A DNA stretch of 64,000 bases, from positions 5,759 through 69,758 of the forward strand of contig JAIETW010000002.1 in NCBI GenBank assembly GCA_019744845.1, in the 5' to 3' direction. A model generated the notes under the pieces. That model did no database searches, was not told where the DNA came from, and saw nothing but the letters and a program-made list of their open reading frames with translations. Below are positions 60,855 to 64,000 of this stretch, piece by piece (the stretch's first letter is position 1; each line of letters begins with the position of its first letter). A program made the translations under genes and the position numbers. The DNA comes from Patescibacteria group bacterium. Lineage in GTDB: Bacteria; Patescibacteriota; Minisyncoccia; Phycocordibacterales; Phycocordibacteraceae.

Positions 60855-62414
60855 ATGCGTCGCGCGCTTCTTGGCATAGCTGTTGTTGTCCTCACGATAC
60901 TCGTATGGCCTGTGTCCGGTCCTACCGTTACGGTAGAGGTAAGTGAGGAAGGGTTTCTTCCGTCTGAACTTACGGTTGCACAAGGTACAACCGTTACGTT
61001 TGTAAATGTAGGGTCAACGACTCATTGGCCCGCAAGCAATGTGCATCCCACTCATTCTGGGTATCCAGGTTCTGGGATTCAAAAGTGCGCGACGATAGAA
61101 CAGAACTTAGTTTTTGATTCCTGTGCGGGAATAACGTCAGGAAATTCATATTCATTCACCTTCCACACTCAAGGAGCATGGACCTATCACGATCATCTCG
61201 CGCCAACACTTCAAGGGCGTGTGACCGTATCTCCGGTCCCGCAGTACCAAGAGCCGTTCCTGCACGCTGCGTATGCCACGATAGTTCGTTTTCCGGAACA
61301 TTTGGATTTTTTCATACGCGATCTTTTCATCGCGCCAGGAGAAGAACGGATTGCGGGGAAGTACACACAAGAAGATTTGAAGACTGATACCGACTATTCC
61401 GTAGAGCGAATCTTAGACATTGCAGAGAATCCACTTGAAGTATTGCGTGCAGTACACCAGATCGGCGTGGTAGAAGGACTCTCGCGTATTTTTGAAGAAT
61501 CTGGGTATGAAGCAACACAAGCATGCCATGTCGCCGCGCACGAAGTGGGGCGCGCAGGGTTTCAACTATTTGGCATAAAGGTGTTTGAACAATGCACCAC
61601 CGCCTGTCATTCGGGTTGTTATCATGGTGCGCTTGAGGAACTTGCAACCGCTAAAAATTCACATGACCTTCTTCAAGAAACCACAGCGTATTGTGGGAGT
61701 CTTGCCACACCCTATGAACGGTATCAATGCTTCCATGGGGTAGGGCACGGGTACATGATATATAGTGGGTATGACTTGCCAGCGGCAGTACATTCGTGCC
61801 GTTTGCTCGGTGAGGGCAATAACGTTGGTTGCTATACGGGAGTTTTTATGGAAAATCTCGCTCAAGCAGATAACAATCTTTCAGGCAGAGAGCCACTGAT
61901 TACGACGTGGATCTCTCCGGAGGATGCACACTTCCCGTGCAGTCAGTTTCCAGACGATGCACTTGTGAGTGCTATGTGTTACTCAGCGCAAATTTCTGTT
62001 GCACACGCACTTCTTCAAGACCTTCCGGAGATTATTGAATTTTGTAATGACGCACCAGCACACGCACGTGCGTTATGTTTTAGGGGAATAGGAAGAGAGC
62101 TAAATGGGTTTCATGGGCAGAAGCCAAGTCAGGCTGAGCAAATGTGTGCGCAGGTCCCAAGCAGTTATTACAGTGAATGTATTATTGGTGCGTCTAAATT
62201 AGCTATTGATTCATTGGGTCTTGACACCACTGCTCAGGCCGCAGGCTTCTGTGCGGGCTTTTCTGATACACATGCAAAAAGTATCTGCTATGAATTCTAC
62301 AGTAGCTATATCCCGACGCTCTTCATTTCTCTAAGTACACAAGAGGGCGTATGCGCGCGATTTGAAACTCCTTTTGATGCAGCGTGTATGGAATCCTTAC
62401 CCACAGAGCCATGA
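60855..62414 (+). CDS. Cupredoxin-like domain + Cys/His-rich repeat exported protein
   Basis: GF.PSELTV..GTTVTFVN, HWPASNVHPTH, WTYHDHL; CHVAAHEVG, CHSGCYHG, CFHGVGHG, CYTGVFME. Confidence 0.75.
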   Translation: MRRALLGIAVVVLTILVWPVSGPTVTVEVSEEGFLPSELTVAQGTTVTFVNVGSTTHWPASNVHPTHSGYPGSGIQKCATIEQNLVFDSCAGITSGNSYSFTFHTQGAWTYHDHLAPTLQGRVTVSPVPQYQEPFLHAAYATIVRFPEHLDFFIRDLFIAPGEERIAGKYTQEDLKTDTDYSVERILDIAENPLEVLRAVHQIGVVEGLSRIFEESGYEATQACHVAAHEVGRAGFQLFGIKVFEQCTTACHSGCYHGALEELATAKNSHDLLQETTAYCGSLATPYERYQCFHGVGHGYMIYSGYDLPAAVHSCRLLGEGNNVGCYTGVFMENLAQADNNLSGREPLITTWISPEDAHFPCSQFPDDALVSAMCYSAQISVAHALLQDLPEIIEFCNDAPAHARALCFRGIGRELNGFHGQKPSQAEQMCAQVPSSYYSECIIGASKLAIDSLGLDTTAQAAGFCAGFSDTHAKSICYEFYSSYIPTLFISLSTQEGVCARFETPFDAACMESLPTEP

Positions 62415-63568
62415 AACGTATACTCCTTATAGTAGTCGGTGCATGCATCATCCTTGCTGGGATAGTGTATTACTTTTCGCCACAATTCGTCTCACCCGCA
62501 CGCGAACCACTGTATGGTGCATATCAGGCAAGCGATTTAGTCACGCATACGAATTATGAAAATGCGCAGGCGCTTGAAATTACGAAGGACCCACTTGAAA
62601 CCATACGCATGGTCAATCAATTAGGAGTCTCCGGTTCACTTAAGAAACTGCACGAAGAGTCGCAGGAGACAGATGGGATATGCCACACTGGCGCGCATAG
62701 AGTGGGCGTTGCCGCCTTTGAACTTTTTGGAGAGCGTGCATTTTCCATGTGTGATTCCTCTTGTCATTTTGGATGTGTACACGGAGCGATGGACCGATTG
62801 GTGTCAGAGGAGGGTGCAACTCAACTTTTGTCTTCGGTACAAAAGTACTGTAGCGCGTTTGACACGCACTTCTATCAATACTCTTGTTTCCATGGTAGTG
62901 GGCATGGATTCCTCACCTCATCTAATTATGATCTTCCGGCAGCTATTGATGGATGTCGTTTATTGGATACTACCCGTGCACAGGATGCGTGCATTGAAGG
63001 AGTGTTTATGGAAAACGTGATGGCAGGGGGTGGAGAAAGTTCAGGCGCGGATCAAAACTGGCTTTCACGAGATGATTTATATTTTCCATGCACCCTCTTT
63101 AACGACGACCCACAGGTTACGCGCTGGTGTTACGACGTGCAAGCACAGTGGATTATCAAAGTGCTCAAGGATTCTTCTCAGGTGCGTGACGAGTGCCTGG
63201 ACGCACCAGGAAATGGTGCACAGGCATGTCTTGGAAATCTTGCGAAGGCAACAAGCTTCCAGCGTTGGCATGTGCCAGAACGTACCGTTACTTTTTGCAG
63301 AGAGCTTCCTATGGAATATCAGGAACATTGCTTGATTGAAGCATCACGCCTGGCTCTCCAAGCCTATGACCGAGATTTTACCGGACAAGGAACTGCATTC
63401 TGTAAAGGAATGACGGACCTGGATGCAAAAGAAATATGTGTGCGGACACAATCAGAAACAGTCGGAGAAATGTACGCGTTGGACGAAGAGCGTATAACGG
63501 TATGCAACTTATTTGAAGAGCAGTATAGAGCGCAATGTCTTACTACCGCGCGAACCATCTCTCTATGA
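62411..63568 (+). CDS. Cys/His-rich exported protein, paralog of the upstream C-terminal domain
   Basis: N-terminal TM; CHTGAHRVG, CHFGCVHG, CFHGSGHG, CIEGVFME. Confidence 0.75.
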   Translation: MKRILLIVVGACIILAGIVYYFSPQFVSPAREPLYGAYQASDLVTHTNYENAQALEITKDPLETIRMVNQLGVSGSLKKLHEESQETDGICHTGAHRVGVAAFELFGERAFSMCDSSCHFGCVHGAMDRLVSEEGATQLLSSVQKYCSAFDTHFYQYSCFHGSGHGFLTSSNYDLPAAIDGCRLLDTTRAQDACIEGVFMENVMAGGGESSGADQNWLSRDDLYFPCTLFNDDPQVTRWCYDVQAQWIIKVLKDSSQVRDECLDAPGNGAQACLGNLAKATSFQRWHVPERTVTFCRELPMEYQEHCLIEASRLALQAYDRDFTGQGTAFCKGMTDLDAKEICVRTQSETVGEMYALDEERITVCNLFEEQYRAQCLTTARTISL

Positions 63569-64000
63569 GATACGTTGGTCCTATTCTTGGCGGATTCGTT
63601 GTGTTGATTATTCTTGGATTCATCGCTTGGTCGGGCGCTGAATCATATGACATTCGTTCGGCGGGGCAGCAGGGGATGGAATGGATGGTGAACTACGAAG
63701 GAAATTATGGGAACCCCGGCATTACATGGGCCTTGCAAGAAGTTTATGAGTCCTATTGTCCGACACCTGAGTACCACGAATTCTTTACAAGTCGGATACG
63801 ACCAGATCTCATACGTGATGAAGTGATTGCTGCGTATTACGCAAAGACGGTTCAGGAGACAGGTGCACCATTCCCGAATAGCGCAGAGAGGGGGTTTGAT
63901 TCACTTCTTCTTACCGTTTTGTATTGTGATGCAGGAACCATATCCGAATCAGTAGAAAGAGACATGCGCTCATTCTCAGAAAGTGAAGGATATGAACTTA
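63565..64000 (+). CDS. Exported hypothetical protein (partial)
   Basis: ATGA overlap with the upstream stop; MRYVGPILGGFVVLIILGFIAW... open to the window end. Confidence 0.65.
   Translation, partial: MRYVGPILGGFVVLIILGFIAWSGAESYDIRSAGQQGMEWMVNYEGNYGNPGITWALQEVYESYCPTPEYHEFFTSRIRPDLIRDEVIAAYYAKTVQETGAPFPNSAERGFDSLLLTVLYCDAGTISESVERDMRSFSESEGYEL

Overview
Chromosomal segment of a Patescibacteria/CPR bacterium. The 16S signatures (e.g. GTGCCAGCAGGAGCGG at the 515F site), unlinked rRNA genes, archaeal-type PyrH and typical CPR surface proteins point to Parcubacteria/OD1; this is inference, not a database result. The window holds two type II toxin-antitoxin pairs (RHH-RelE, Doc plus a 43-aa antitoxin), a 23S-5S unit with a 324-nt group I intron and a 21-bp hairpin insertion, a separately transcribed 16S about 12 kb downstream, and a stand-alone tRNA-Ile. 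Housekeeping genes include rodA/ftsW, folD, secD, secF, pyrH, murD, murI, murC, rsmI, glmM, murB, secA, obg and gatB. There is also a dispersed glycan-synthesis set and a terminal surface-protein island. Three signals stand out. (1) The 16S has no anti-Shine-Dalgarno; in its place is a structured 3' extension of about 150 nt (GAAA and cUUCGg hairpins, H-type pseudoknot) lying inside the rRNA processing stem, and many genes have a -10 box only 6-9 nt before the ATG, a leaderless layout. (2) Two adjacent membrane proteins carry an excisionase-like HTH, one fused to a ~2400-aa tail-fibre-like ectodomain, followed by a Tyr-repeat protein and paralogous Cys/His-rich proteins. (3) A PRTase-NADAR fusion protein. 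All product calls are motif recognition by eye; no searches or folding programs were run.
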